Shown: positions 1-11,161 of the stretch, in pieces | How the letters are laid out: every line of letters starts with the position of its first letter | Numbering within the stretch: the first letter of the stretch is position 1 | Assembly (NCBI GenBank): GCA_963674595.2 | Contig: CAXXFV010000016.1 | Span: forward strand, 736,001 to 800,000 | DNA: 64,000 nt | From: a bacterium | GTDB lineage: Bacteria; Zhuqueibacterota; Zhuqueibacteria; Residuimicrobiales; Krinioviventaceae | Direction of reading: 5' to 3' | Position numbers and translations under genes: made by a program | The notes under the pieces: model-generated | Told to the model about the DNA's origin: nothing | Databases searched by the model: none | What the model saw: the letters and a program-made list of their open reading frames with translations, nothing else

Positions 1-272
1 AAGACTATTTCCTGATCAGTTGTTTCAAGTATTTTGAATCCTTTTTTTTCCAGTTGACTTAACAGGGGAGTATCAGGACGAAAACCGATATAGTCCCTTC
101 CCAGTATTCTGGGCGGAAGGGAACGAATAAAGAACAATAAATTGAATAAAAATGAGATTTCATTTGGAGCAAGATCTATAATGGTTTTTAAAATTTGATC
201 TTTGGTTGCATTGACTTTGATTGTATGCTTTTCTGAGAAATGAAATTCAGGTATATATTCGTTAATAAGCAT
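1..272 (-). CDS. Hypothetical protein, SRPBCC/DUF2867-like (5' part; runs off the window edge)
   Basis: Not in the ORF track. Manual translation from ATG at 272 gives an open frame to the edge: MLINEYIPEFHFSEKHTIKVNATKDQILKTIIDLAPNEISFLFNLLFFIRSLPPR... An alternative in-frame ATG lies at 332. Confidence 0.6.
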   Translation of the reverse strand, partial: MLINEYIPEFHFSEKHTIKVNATKDQILKTIIDLAPNEISFLFNLLFFIRSLPPRILGRDYIGFRPDTPLLSQLEKKGFKILETTDQEIV

Positions 273-376
273 TTTATTATTTCGATTGTATAATTTTAAA
301 AAAAATAGACCCTTTTTTACTCTTCCATACATTCTCGGATTTCAACCTCTGGGTATTCAATAATATATAGCTATTA

Positions 377-452
377 AACTATTGTGCAAGTGAAAAAACA
401 GATATTTGTGTTTTTACTGGTTGAACTGCATTTAATCAAATAATTAGTTTTT
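377..452. repeat. Inter-cassette repeat family R, copy A
   Basis: Core 377-419 aactattgtgcaagtgaaaaaacagatatttgtgtttttactg is 35/43 identical to copy B. Imperfect inverted arms are aaaaac/gttttt and atttg/caaat. Confidence 0.8.
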
Positions 453-655
453 GTTGAATTATTGGGAGACGATAATACTTGGTTGACTATGCCTTGATTG
501 CAATCCGAGGATGAGCAGAGAGTCTTTAAATAACACCTGTGTAAACGGCGGGAAATTTTAACACACTTTAATTACTTGTTGATAGTAATAAAGTCCGAAA
601 CTTTTAATGATGCAGCAACCATTGCTATTGGGTGATGCTGATGGTAGACCATACA

Positions 656-1582
656 TCAGTCAAACCGATTGATCTCAAATTTGAAAACATCGGATCTTGA
701 ATAATGACCTGCCGCGTCAAACATCCTTTTGCACATCGTGACAAGAGTGAGGTCAATTTCAGCATAGAGAATTTCCTCTTTCATTTCAACAGGACCCGCA
801 ATGACCTCGCCGGTGGGACTGACGATGCAACTGTTCCCGGAATTGATCCACTCCCTGCCTTTCGGATAGTTCTGCTTAAATCCATAGCTATCCGGAACAT
901 CCTGCATTCTCAAAGCCAAACAGCAACTAATGACATACATACCACCTTCTCTGGCAATATGTCTCAGGCTCAATTGCCAATTTTCACTTTTGTCCCAGGT
1001 TGGGGCTGCCAGAATCTGTGTGCCGCCCATATACATGGCATTACGGGCAAGCGGCATATAATTTTCCCAGCAAATGAGGCCGCCCAGTTTTGCAAATGAT
1101 GTGTTAAATACCTGTAAAGTAGTGCCGTCGCCTTGTGCCCAAATGAGGCGTTCACCGCCTGTGGGAATTAATTTACGGTGTTTGCCCATGATATTGCCGT
1201 TTGAATCAATGAACAGCAGTGTGTTAAAAAGGCTGGCGTTGCTCGCTTCTGCATTGCGTTCATTTACTCCCATTACAACATGAATTTTCGCCTTATTCGC
1301 TGCCTTGCACAGTTTGTCAGTTGATTCATCAGGAATTGTTACAGCATTCTGAACCAGTTCTGCATACAGTTCATTTAATATAGCGCCGTTGCTGTTGGGT
1401 ACATTCCAAACCCAGTCCGGATAACCCGATATAAACGCTTCAGGAAACACTATTAGTTTGGCACCTTTTCTCCCAGCCTCTGCGATTAAGCTGCACGCTT
1501 TTTCAACAGTCTTTTCTTTGTTTAAATATATTGGGGCCGCTTGAGCAGCGCCGACTTTGAAAGGATTTCGTGTTAACGCCAC
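656..1582 (-). CDS. Nitrilase / carbon-nitrogen hydrolase
   Basis: Catalytic triad motifs FPEAF, HRKLIPT and LICWEN. The likely start is GTG at 1582, with GAGGAGG 5 nt upstream (the ORF track starts at 1627). Confidence 0.92.
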   Translation of the reverse strand: MALTRNPFKVGAAQAAPIYLNKEKTVEKACSLIAEAGRKGAKLIVFPEAFISGYPDWVWNVPNSNGAILNELYAELVQNAVTIPDESTDKLCKAANKAKIHVVMGVNERNAEASNASLFNTLLFIDSNGNIMGKHRKLIPTGGERLIWAQGDGTTLQVFNTSFAKLGGLICWENYMPLARNAMYMGGTQILAAPTWDKSENWQLSLRHIAREGGMYVISCCLALRMQDVPDSYGFKQNYPKGREWINSGNSCIVSPTGEVIAGPVEMKEEILYAEIDLTLVTMCKRMFDAAGHYSRSDVFKFEINRFD

Positions 1583-1904
1583 ATTCACCTCCTCAAGTGA
1601 TAATTGAACAAAACGTGTAATTGTCACTCACCTTGAGGTCCCAATCTCCGGAAGCTAAAATTATAATATATATAACCCAACTTTTGTATTAAATATTCAA
1701 TGTGCAAATTTTTTCAGGTTGAATTCCTCTTGTTGTAATTTTATGTTTTTGATGGATGTTACTGTTTTTTGAGAAATTTATGAAATCAGTGTTGAATTTC
1801 AAGCTGTTTAGGTATGTTTAATGGCGGGTAATGTTACCAGCTATGCGATTCATCGCAAAAAAAGCAGTGGAGTAATATGAACGTTTGGCCCGGCGATGTC
1901 GACT

Positions 1905-2981
1905 TTATTTGTAATTTAATGGTAATGTGTCTGCTATACGCAGATCTCTCCAATATCCATTTATTTTAAAAGCATCATTATATGGATTGCCCAAAGTATC
2001 AACAAGCGCTTCATCGGTTTTCATTTTAATAAAGGATAATTCAGAATACCAAAGATTTTTTGGTCTTTTCTTTGTTGGATGTTTTTTTTGCGGGAAATAT
2101 TTTGATTCTATTACTAAAATATCGTTGAAATGTATTTTTTTTATACCATTCAAATTCGTATCAGTAACCAATTCGTTACTATATTTATTAATTTCGCCTG
2201 GTTCTATTCCAAAACGATTATTTACCGACACAATTCCTTTGTAAATGTGAAATTGTTCTTTATCTATTTTATTACGAGCTAACGCAGACAAAAAATGTTT
2301 GAATGAACCTTGATATGTTTTATATCTCTGTTTTTCCCACTTTTCCATTTCTTTTGGATTTTTGGGCTGCATTTCTTTAAAAAAGAGAATGGTGTTATAT
2401 TTAACATAATCCTGCAAAATGAAATTTTCTAATATTATTTCAATGTGATATCCCAGTGCTCTATTTTCTACATGAATGAGACTATCTGAAGAAGCAATTA
2501 ATGCACCCGTATCATTCTCTTTAGTGAAATTAATTACTTCAGGATTTAGAATTTTACACTTGGCTGCATTTGTCGTTTCACCCAAAAATTCTCTGGTAAA
2601 AGTTTGTAATCTCTTCTTCCATTCTTTTGGTATATCTCCGGTAACCTGGACCATTTCGCCTTTAATTATGGCAGGTTGGAGTTCGATCAAAATATTGTTA
2701 TTGTGATTTGATTTTGAAACATCAATAGATAATTTTTTTAACTCATAGCCAATATGTTGAATTATTAAATCATATCTTCCCGCTGGAATATTATTTATAA
2801 TGAAATTACCCTCAGATGTTGTAGTGCTCCCCAATGTTGTATTTGAAAGAAAAACGTTAACAAAAAAAATGGGTTCTTTTGTTTGGGCGTCAATGACTTG
2901 TCCATTAACCGAATAATGCGATATTGAATAAGCACGAGCTGAAACCAACAATATGAATATTAGAAAAATTTTATTTTTCAA
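1905..2981 (-). CDS. Secreted protein with a carboxypeptidase-regulatory-like (CarboxypepD_reg_2) domain
   Basis: Signal peptide, then GQVIDAQTKEPIFFVNVFLSNTTLGSTTTSEGNF...IGYE. The likely start is TTG at 2981 after AGGAGG. Confidence 0.8.
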   Translation of the reverse strand: MKNKIFLIFILLVSARAYSISHYSVNGQVIDAQTKEPIFFVNVFLSNTTLGSTTTSEGNFIINNIPAGRYDLIIQHIGYELKKLSIDVSKSNHNNNILIELQPAIIKGEMVQVTGDIPKEWKKRLQTFTREFLGETTNAAKCKILNPEVINFTKENDTGALIASSDSLIHVENRALGYHIEIILENFILQDYVKYNTILFFKEMQPKNPKEMEKWEKQRYKTYQGSFKHFLSALARNKIDKEQFHIYKGIVSVNNRFGIEPGEINKYSNELVTDTNLNGIKKIHFNDILVIESKYFPQKKHPTKKRPKNLWYSELSFIKMKTDEALVDTLGNPYNDAFKINGYWRDLRIADTLPLNYK

Positions 2982-3134
2982 TTTTATCCTCCTGCTTAAT
3001 TTTTCACCTATTACGGGAGTTTGCTCGTTCACTTAAATGGTTATGCCAACTTAATCAATCCTGTAAATTCCAGGTTTTTCCTGAAAATTAAAATCTCCGG
3101 GCTGTCAAAAATATCGGCCCGGTGCTGAGAAACG

Positions 3135-3551
3135 TTATTCAGACCCGTTATTCATATCGAGTTTTCCGGAAAGGAAATAACTCATGATCATGGTGATAAA
3201 TAAAAATGATGTTTTGAACACGATCCATAAACTGGAAGGATTTCCTGCTAAATAGGCAATGAGACTTACAATGATTAAACCAAAAACCACAGGAAAAGCT
3301 GTAATCAGTATGACACATCTTCTTTCAACAGGATTTTGAACTCCCCAAATGAGAAGTATTGTCCAGCCTGCCATCAATACGCCGCCGATACTCATGGTTA
3401 GTTTATACTGAATATCCGGATTAAATTCCGAGTTGCCGATTAACAGTCCATACAGGGGAGGACATAACAATGCGGCTGCCCATACTGCGTCTGCAACAAT
3501 TCCCAGCCAGTAAGGAAATTTAATTAGAAAGATTATAGTCTTTTTATTCAT
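3135..3551 (-). CDS. Hypothetical membrane protein (about 4 TM helices)
   Basis: 138 aa with four hydrophobic segments and an AAGGA RBS. Confidence 0.75.
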   Translation of the reverse strand: MNKKTIIFLIKFPYWLGIVADAVWAAALLCPPLYGLLIGNSEFNPDIQYKLTMSIGGVLMAGWTILLIWGVQNPVERRCVILITAFPVVFGLIIVSLIAYLAGNPSSLWIVFKTSFLFITMIMSYFLSGKLDMNNGSE

Positions 3552-3637
3552 TTTAACTATTTCCTTTATCTAACATGGTTACATAAAATTAGGAAAATTG
3601 GATTAATTTACGGGAACCCTGTTTTTCAATTCTCCTG

Positions 3638-4594
<957 letters not shown>

Positions 4595-4667
4595 TGTGCC
4601 GACTCCTTTTTATATAACAGTTAGAGTACATACTACTGACATGAAATATGATACGTTGATGCCTGGA

Positions 4668-4748
4668 AAGTTTTACACCACCTTATCAAAAATACATAAA
4701 CATGGAACGATTATGCAAGTAGAAAAATAGATATTTGTATTTGTGCTG
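4668..4748. repeat. Inter-cassette repeat family R, copy B (contains a promoter-like TTGCAT-N18-TATTTT on the minus strand)
   Basis: Core 4706-4748 aacgattatgcaagtagaaaaatagatatttgtatttgtgctg. About 38 further bp on the left (aaagttttacaccaccttatcaaaaatacataaacatgg) resemble the same side of copy D. Confidence 0.85.
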
Positions 4749-4756
4749 TTTTTTGA

Positions 4757-6103
4757 TCATGCTTTAAATTCTTGTTTATAGAGGTCAAACATTATTTTTG
4801 CGGTACCGGATATGGTTGTTCGGTTATACCCTGAAACAGAGGTTAACAGTGTATCATTCAATGGGCTGGTCCATTTGTCAGGTAACGCATCCGCGCCCAG
4901 GACCATGCCCATGATTGAACCAACGGTTGCACCGTTGCAGTCGGTATCAAAACCGGGCCATACAGATTTTGTAATTGCCTGCTCAAAGTCTCCTTCCGAC
5001 CATAGCAGTGCCATCGTTACAATCTGAGCATTCGAGATTACATGGCACCAGTCATGTGAGTGATATTCATCCCATTGTTGATGAATTCGTTTCACCGCGT
5101 CTTGATAAGTTATGCCCTCGTCGTGCCATGCAAGAACTGATCGTACTTTTTCGCTAAAACGGCTGTTGAATGGAATTTCGTTCAAGCCAATTTCAATAAT
5201 CCTGCAAATATCGTTTTCCACACCGGCCGCGGCTAATGCGGCAGCAACCCACATTTCGCCGTAAATGCCATTTTTAACATGAGAGATACTCGCGTCACGC
5301 CAGGCCAGTTCTGCCGCTAATTCAGGCCGGCCCAGGGCAACATACCCATAAAAATCCGCTCGTATTTGGGCACCAATCCATTCGCGATATGGATTTCGCA
5401 CGACAGCCGAAAGTGGTGGACTGATTTGGTTGGCAAAATTTCGATAAGCCACACGTTCGGCCGTACATGTGCTTAATAATGGAATTTGCGTCATCCAAAA
5501 CTGAGCAACGTCATTTGAAGTAAACTGTATACCTTTTGATTTAACAAGAGCCATACCGGTTATTGTATAATCTGCATCATCATCTCTGGGCATGTGATCA
5601 AACTCTGTGAACATCTGTGCATCCGGTTTGAGTTCGGCTAAAATATCTTTAGTAATCCCTAACCGCCAAAAATAATCTGTTAGCATCTCATGTCCAGCCG
5701 CCTTCACTATCGGCCATAATTGATCCGTACGCCAACCTTCAACCGGTTTTCCCAGTAAGCAGCCGGCACAACGCCCCAGCCAGGCTCCGTGGATTTTATC
5801 CGCAGTAACGTTATCTGTATATTTTTTTGCCGATATTCTGTCTTTTGTTTGAGGCCGTGTATCCCGGATGGCTTGCAAATCAGAAGGTTCCTCAAAAGTA
5901 TAATCATCTCGAATCGGTAATGTTTGTACTGTGTCCAGCAAATTATTCATTTTTTGCTGTAAATCAAGAGTATGCTCAATACCTTCTTTGGAGAGTAAAT
6001 TAAATTCTTGCTCAACAGAAGAAATATCCCGACCTTCCTGGACAGCTTGTAGTTTTTCAATTTCCACATCCTCGGAATTCCACCATAGCCATAAATTTTT
6101 CAT
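4757..6103 (-). CDS. ADP-ribosylglycohydrolase family protein
   Basis: Motifs GAWLGRCAGCLLGKPVEG, RDDD, EWIGAQIRAD and GFDTDCNGATVGS. Confidence 0.9.
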   Translation of the reverse strand: MKNLWLWWNSEDVEIEKLQAVQEGRDISSVEQEFNLLSKEGIEHTLDLQQKMNNLLDTVQTLPIRDDYTFEEPSDLQAIRDTRPQTKDRISAKKYTDNVTADKIHGAWLGRCAGCLLGKPVEGWRTDQLWPIVKAAGHEMLTDYFWRLGITKDILAELKPDAQMFTEFDHMPRDDDADYTITGMALVKSKGIQFTSNDVAQFWMTQIPLLSTCTAERVAYRNFANQISPPLSAVVRNPYREWIGAQIRADFYGYVALGRPELAAELAWRDASISHVKNGIYGEMWVAAALAAAGVENDICRIIEIGLNEIPFNSRFSEKVRSVLAWHDEGITYQDAVKRIHQQWDEYHSHDWCHVISNAQIVTMALLWSEGDFEQAITKSVWPGFDTDCNGATVGSIMGMVLGADALPDKWTSPLNDTLLTSVSGYNRTTISGTAKIMFDLYKQEFKA

Positions 6104-6231
6104 AATTATTCCCAAGTTGTTCCATATACTGCTTGCGATCTTGAGACGACATCGTTTTATACAACGACTTTTTTAGCCTTAGCAGTGACATTTTTTGAAT
6201 TTTATATTACCTGCCCTCAGTTCTGGAATAA

Positions 6232-6259
6232 ATAGTGTTAAACCATATATTAACACTAT
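6232..6259. promoter_or_regulatory. Perfect 10-8-10 inverted repeat (candidate operator or recombinase site)
   Basis: atagtgttaa-accatata-ttaacactat in the intergenic gap upstream of the ADP-ribosylglycohydrolase gene. Confidence 0.45.
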
Positions 6260-6459
6260 GTTTACGGGGCAGTTGATCGCACGGCAAAACGTCTCGGTCA
6301 AACATAAAATATATAAAAACAGTTTTGAATTTTCAAGTTTAAACTGTTTAACCATTTTGGAAAAGATATATCCAATTATTAATAATGCTATACGGTCAAT
6401 AGGCTTTCAAATAGTCTGCTATAATTTGGATTTATCGTTCTTATTAAAAAGCAGCCCCT

Positions 6460-6545
6460 GAACGATTATGCAAGTGAATAATAGATATTTGTGCTATTGC
6501 TGATTTAACAGTGTTTTGAAATATTATTTGGGTTGTGTTTCTGTC
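6460..6545. repeat. Inter-cassette repeat family R, copy C
   Basis: Core 6461-6502 aacgattatgcaagtgaataatagatatttgtgctattgctg is 36/42 identical to copy D. A degenerate tail aaatattatttgggttgtgtttctgtc follows. Confidence 0.85.
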
Positions 6546-6559
6546 ATTTATTTATGGAT

Positions 6560-7549
6560 TCACCGCACCGCTTTTTTTATGATTCCAAGCTTCCACGTTA
6601 ACATGGCATAGGAACCCTGATAATCGTTTTTAAGGATTCCCTGAATAAGCCATTCGCAATCGTCTGGTTGATATTCCATTAACTGATTGCAGTCTGACCG
6701 GATAACTTCACCATGAGAAATCATCTCCAACCAGGGTTTGGACTGCCCTGTATATTTGAGCTGGGCACCGGTTGCATAGGTGTCGGTCACTTTATGCCAG
6801 GGTCCGTTCAAGTCGTCAGCAACGGCAATTCCAAATGATCGAATCGTCTCGTTCTTTAATTCATATATCATATGGTATTCCTGGGTATCTTTAACCTTAT
6901 AGATATGAACAGCCTCATGAACACCCTGTAAAGCAATTTCAGGGGCGCTCCAACCGGTTGGAAAATTTTCAATTTCTGTTGTTCTAACAATCACATCCTT
7001 TTGTGATTGTGTATAAAATAGATAAACATTTTTTTTGTCACATATCACCCAAAAATCAATCCATTTTTCCGGACTGTCTTTTTGCAGCAATTGTATCGGG
7101 TTTTGCCAGGTTTCAGGTTGTGAAATTGTCGTTGTTGTTGAAAATGCCGGTTGATAGTTGGCGTCCTTGTTTTGAAAAATGAGATACCATTTATTTTGAG
7201 GCTCAAAAAAGAAAATTTGCGGTGCACAGCCGTATCTGCTTTTTCCGCGAATCGTTTTTAATTCGTGCCTTGGAGCTGTTTGTAAATCCTCCTGTTTTTT
7301 GGCTGATACATATCCTGTTGTATATTCATTCTTGTCCCGGGCCGTATAGAAAACATGCCACATGTTCTCATAAAATACAACAGAGGGATCTTTAACGGCA
7401 ATTTCATCAAATGAACCTTCCGGACCAGGCAACAGAACAGGATCACCAACGAGCCATGTATTCGATTCTGCATGACGGGTACATCCGGTTAATAAAATCG
7501 AACTTAATGAGATAAAAATCATTAAAACTTTTATAGTGATATTTTTCAT
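6560..7549 (-). CDS. GH62-like alpha-L-arabinofuranosidase, lipoprotein
   Basis: Lipobox LTGC and GH62 motifs KDPSVV...WHVFYT, APQIFFFEPQNKWYLIFQ, WIDFWVICD, HEA..IYKV and ISHGEVIR. Confidence 0.85.
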   Translation of the reverse strand: MKNITIKVLMIFISLSSILLTGCTRHAESNTWLVGDPVLLPGPEGSFDEIAVKDPSVVFYENMWHVFYTARDKNEYTTGYVSAKKQEDLQTAPRHELKTIRGKSRYGCAPQIFFFEPQNKWYLIFQNKDANYQPAFSTTTTISQPETWQNPIQLLQKDSPEKWIDFWVICDKKNVYLFYTQSQKDVIVRTTEIENFPTGWSAPEIALQGVHEAVHIYKVKDTQEYHMIYELKNETIRSFGIAVADDLNGPWHKVTDTYATGAQLKYTGQSKPWLEMISHGEVIRSDCNQLMEYQPDDCEWLIQGILKNDYQGSYAMLTWKLGIIKKAVR

Positions 7550-7618
7550 TGAAATTATTTCCTTAAACGGCTGATATGAAAGTAATCTATCGGGATATGA
7601 TAGGTAAATAGTAATAGC

Positions 7619-7760
7619 AAAGTTTTACCACGCTTTATTAAAAATAAATAATCAAGGAACGAATATGCAAGTGAAAAATAAATATTTGTTACATTGCTGA
7701 ATTTTATATTTCATCATATTATCTGGTGTTATCAAATTATTTTGGGGTAGAAATCCCTGT
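7619..7760. repeat. Inter-cassette repeat family R, copy D (core plus tail)
   Basis: Core 7658-7699 aacgaatatgcaagtgaaaaataaatatttgttacattgctg. Tail 7734-7760 aaattattttggggtagaaatccctgt matches the tail of copy E. Confidence 0.85.
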
Positions 7761-8463
7761 TGATTACTTGTGCTTTAATTGATGATGGTTTATAATCGTA
7801 AAGGCCAAGTCTTTGTTCTTATGTGTGCAAAAATCGGAACCTCTGGACGATCAAAAATAACTATTAATTAGATTTTAACTGTTCTTTGAGTACAAGTCCA
7901 TATCCTTTTCGCCACTCTTTATCAATCAATATAAAATTTTCAAAATTTCCAGTTTCAATTTCTTTCCATTCAATATGCTCTAAAACAATAATTTGAAAAT
8001 CTTGCTTCAATTCATTTTTAAAAAAATTAATATGGTTATCAAGTGTTTGTAAAGCCTTGAAAAATGTTTTTCTTTAATAACTATCTTTGTCATTAGTCTC
8101 ATAGTATGGACTATCTGGTTGATCTAAGATTAGAAAAGGGGGAATATAGGGAATTTCTTTTTTAGCAAATAATCTATGGATAGCAGCAAAAAATGCTAAA
8201 TGTAAAAAAAGGTGATTCGACGAACTTCCAATATTTCTAACAGTATTATCTCTATATATCACTTTTTCATCTATTTTTTTTAAATGGATTAATTTTGTTT
8301 TAAAGTCAAAAATTGGTTTATAGTCCTTATACCCACTTAAGCTAAAATCAACTTCTCTAAAAATTTCTTGCATATATTCACCAAGTGTGTCTAATGTATC
8401 GCTTCTATCAACTTCAGTTATTTCTTTCTTTAATGCTTTAATTGTAAGAAAAGCAAGCGTTGT

Positions 8464-9270
8464 TTACAAAATATCGGGATAAAAATATTGAATTAGTTTT
8501 TCTTCAGGAGTTAGTCCATCAATGCCTTTATGAGGTCTTACTCCGTTGTAATAATTGACAAATCTTTTTAGCTCATTTTTACGATGGGCTGATGATTTAA
8601 AAACAGTTTTATTATGCCAAAGCTCGACAAGAGTTCGTATAACTCTTTCAGCTTTGCCATTTGTTTGTGGCCTTTTAACTTTGGTAAATTTTTGTTCAAT
8701 ACCATGTTCTTTGCACAACTTCATAAACTTATGATTATTCGGATCACCTCGGTACTCTCGGCCATTATCAGTATAAAATTGTTCTATTGTATATGGACAT
8801 TCATCCACGACTTGCTCCAAAAACTTTTTAGCTGAATATTGGGTTTTATCAGGTAAAATAGCAGCATACAGTTCTCTAGAAAAGTCATCAATGGCCACAA
8901 ACAGGTATTCCGTTCGTTCAAAAGGAGATTCCCCCTTAATTAAGGGAAGTTTTTTAGTGTCACCATGTATCATTTGTCCTGGATAGTCTTTATTATATCG
9001 TTTGGCCTGACGTTTTAGCTTGTCCTCAAGTTTTTTTTCGATTTTAGCCAAACGTTTAATGCCGTATTTTAAACAGCGAAAACGCTTGTTTACACTCTTG
9101 TGAATTGAATAATCTTTTTGTCGGCCATTATGGATTATTTTATAAATTGTAGGTCGACTGACATGAAACTCTCGTGCTAAATCACAAACACGTCTTTTTT
9201 CGGAAAAATATAATGTGCAAACTTTTTCCCGTTGAATCGGCGTTAATCTGGTCTTTTTATGAATTACCAT
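8464..9270 (-). CDS. IS481-family DDE transposase
   Basis: N-terminal HKKTRLTP..R and HTH, then IHGDTK, VAIDDFSR, TDNGREY, PQTNGKAER and YYN..RPH. Confidence 0.93.
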   Translation of the reverse strand: MVIHKKTRLTPIQREKVCTLYFSEKRRVCDLAREFHVSRPTIYKIIHNGRQKDYSIHKSVNKRFRCLKYGIKRLAKIEKKLEDKLKRQAKRYNKDYPGQMIHGDTKKLPLIKGESPFERTEYLFVAIDDFSRELYAAILPDKTQYSAKKFLEQVVDECPYTIEQFYTDNGREYRGDPNNHKFMKLCKEHGIEQKFTKVKRPQTNGKAERVIRTLVELWHNKTVFKSSAHRKNELKRFVNYYNGVRPHKGIDGLTPEEKLIQYFYPDIL

Positions 9271-9329
9271 AGGATCTCCTTTTATTAAAAATTAGGAAAT
9301 CCCGAAATTGCAAACAACATTAAATTTGC

Positions 9330-9383
9330 TTCTCATGAATTGAATCCTATCTCTTTATAAGGAACGGATTCAATTCATGAGAA
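9330..9383. promoter_or_regulatory. Perfect 18 bp hairpin inside the IS end, upstream of the transposase
   Basis: ttctcatgaattgaatcc (9330-9347) pairs with ggattcaattcatgagaa (9366-9383). Confidence 0.7.
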
Positions 9384-10702
9384 AACTGTAAACAACTCTA
9401 ATTTAATTTACACTTTAATATCATTTTCAATTTTTTCTATTGACTTAGTATAGTCAATGCTTACATGATCATGACTATAGAATTCTAACGAACTTTTTAC
9501 TTCACCTAAAAATATTAGTTGTTGTTTTCTATTTGTGTCTACCACCTTTTCATCAACTGAAATGTTTTGAATATTTGCATCTATTCGTTGAAGTTTATCT
9601 TTTATCTCTTTAATTTTTCCTGTTAAATCTATGATCGCAGGTGATTCTTTTTGAGCAATAAAATTTTTTATTGCTTGATACTCTATGGCAATTGAGTTTA
9701 TGATTGTATCAGTTTTACTGATGTTAATAACATCAGTAAAATTTTCTTGTAAATATAAAATAGGTTTTAAACTGTCGGTATCATTTTTGAGTAAATTTTT
9801 ATATTTTTTGTATTGTGTAATATATTTTTCATATTTTGAAAGTTTAATCTGGAGTCTTAATTTTTCTTGTTCATAATTTTCAAGTTCTAATTGGTTGTCC
9901 AAAATTGGTATCTTCGATATATCTTGAAGTTGTTGTTTTAACTCGACGATACACTCTTCGTTGGACATTTTTAAACTTACTATGTTTAACGATTTTGCTT
10001 TTTGACATAATTTATCAATTTCTTCTTCAAAAGTATTGAACTTTTTACTGAGATGCTCTTCTTGTCTTATAAGCTTTGCTAATTCTTTCTCTTTCTCTAC
10101 AACCATCTCGTGCTTTATTAAATTATCAATTGTTGTTACTCCCAATGCTATATCAAAAATTCTTGCCAAAGCCTCTTGATATCGAATGTATTTTTCGCCA
10201 GATTGTTTGTCAAATAGAACTTCATCACTTGATAATACATTTCTTCTTTGAGTGTTGAATAACAAAAAATATCTTGGAGATATTTTTGTACCTTTTGTAA
10301 TTTTATTGCCACCATACGGAAATACTACGTTATCAGTTATCTGGAATTCCAAATTTATAATATTCCTAATTTTATCTTCAGGGAAATTGGGAAAGGGGGC
10401 CTCAGGGATCTCTCCAGAAGATGAAAAATAATAATCGTTTATGCTTTTACTGTGTCTTACAATTGTTAAATGCTTATCATTGATAATAAAGTTTATACCA
10501 AACCATGCAATTTGATCAATGTACTCGTCCCCTTGAACTATTGGGCTCGAACTCGCAAAGAAGCAAAAGTCTATTATCTCAATAATAGTAGACTTTCCTG
10601 TTGATTGCTCTCCAGTTATTATATTAACTTTATTATTAAAAAATACAAGTTCTCTAAATGATCCATTATTTAACCATATTCCTATTTTTTTTAAGTAAAA
10701 TT

Positions 10703-11161
10703 TCATAATTCAATCCTAAGTTTGAAATATAATTCTCCTGAATTTTCTTGTAACATATTAGATACTATTTTAGACGCTTGTACAATTTTTTGTGCTCTCT
10801 TTCCTAACTTATTATTATTAAAATCAAACTTTTCTAGTTTATCTTTTACAATTATAATCTTATTTTGCTTAGTTTTAATAAAACCTAATTTTTCAGCAAA
10901 CAAAATTGTGTTAAGAGATAGTGGTAAAAAGGCAATAAATCTATTATTAAAATTTAAAAAGCATTCAATTTTTGATAATATCAGATCTTCGATACCTCTT
11001 ATTTTTACCCGCTCATCTTTCATATAATTTGTTAATGGTTTGTGGAGTAATAATGGTTGAATCAACATTGCTTTAGCGTAGTTGATTTCCTCATACTCTC
11101 TTATAGTAGATAAAAATGCAACAAGGGAAATACCAATATTGTTATATATTTCAATCTTCAT
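10703..11161 (-). CDS. lmuC: Lamassu LmuC / ABC-three-component middle component
   Basis: About 152 aa (MKIEIYNN..., LIQPLLLH) lying between the effector and the ATPase, overlapping both neighbours. Confidence 0.78.
   Translation of the reverse strand: MKIEIYNNIGISLVAFLSTIREYEEINYAKAMLIQPLLLHKPLTNYMKDERVKIRGIEDLILSKIECFLNFNNRFIAFLPLSLNTILFAEKLGFIKTKQNKIIIVKDKLEKFDFNNNKLGKRAQKIVQASKIVSNMLQENSGELYFKLRIEL

Larger units (their letters stand above)
8443..9412 (-). mobile_element. IS481-family insertion sequence (970 bp)
   Basis: Ends are TGT...ACA with 26 bp imperfect terminal IRs (tgtaagaaaagcaagcgttgtttaca vs tgtaaattaaattagagttgtttaca, 19/26). Direct repeat CTTTAAT flanks it at 8436-8442 and 9413-9419. 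Confidence 0.92.
7864..10706 (-). pseudogene. lmuB: Lamassu LmuB / ABC-three-component SMC-like ATPase (DUF3732 type), disrupted by IS481 and a nonsense codon
   Basis: Walker A ITGEQSTGKST and a coiled coil lie in 9413-10706. Removing the IS and one TSD joins the frame (...ENDIK-ALKKEITEVDRSDTLDTLGEYMQEIF...) to signature IGSSSN and Walker B FLILDQP. An in-frame TAA at 8074-8076 is followed by the conserved tail FQIIVLEH...EWRKGYGL, which ends at the stop at 7864. Reconstructed length is about 621 codons. Confidence 0.88.

Noticed and set aside
6195-6461. 88 aa plus-strand ORF in the intergenic gap
   Set aside because: It has a TTG start with no RBS, low-complexity AT-rich composition and the opposite orientation to all neighbours.
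8074-8373. 99 aa ORF and the 432 aa ORF at 9408..10706 as independent genes
   Set aside because: Both are fragments of the single interrupted lmuB gene.
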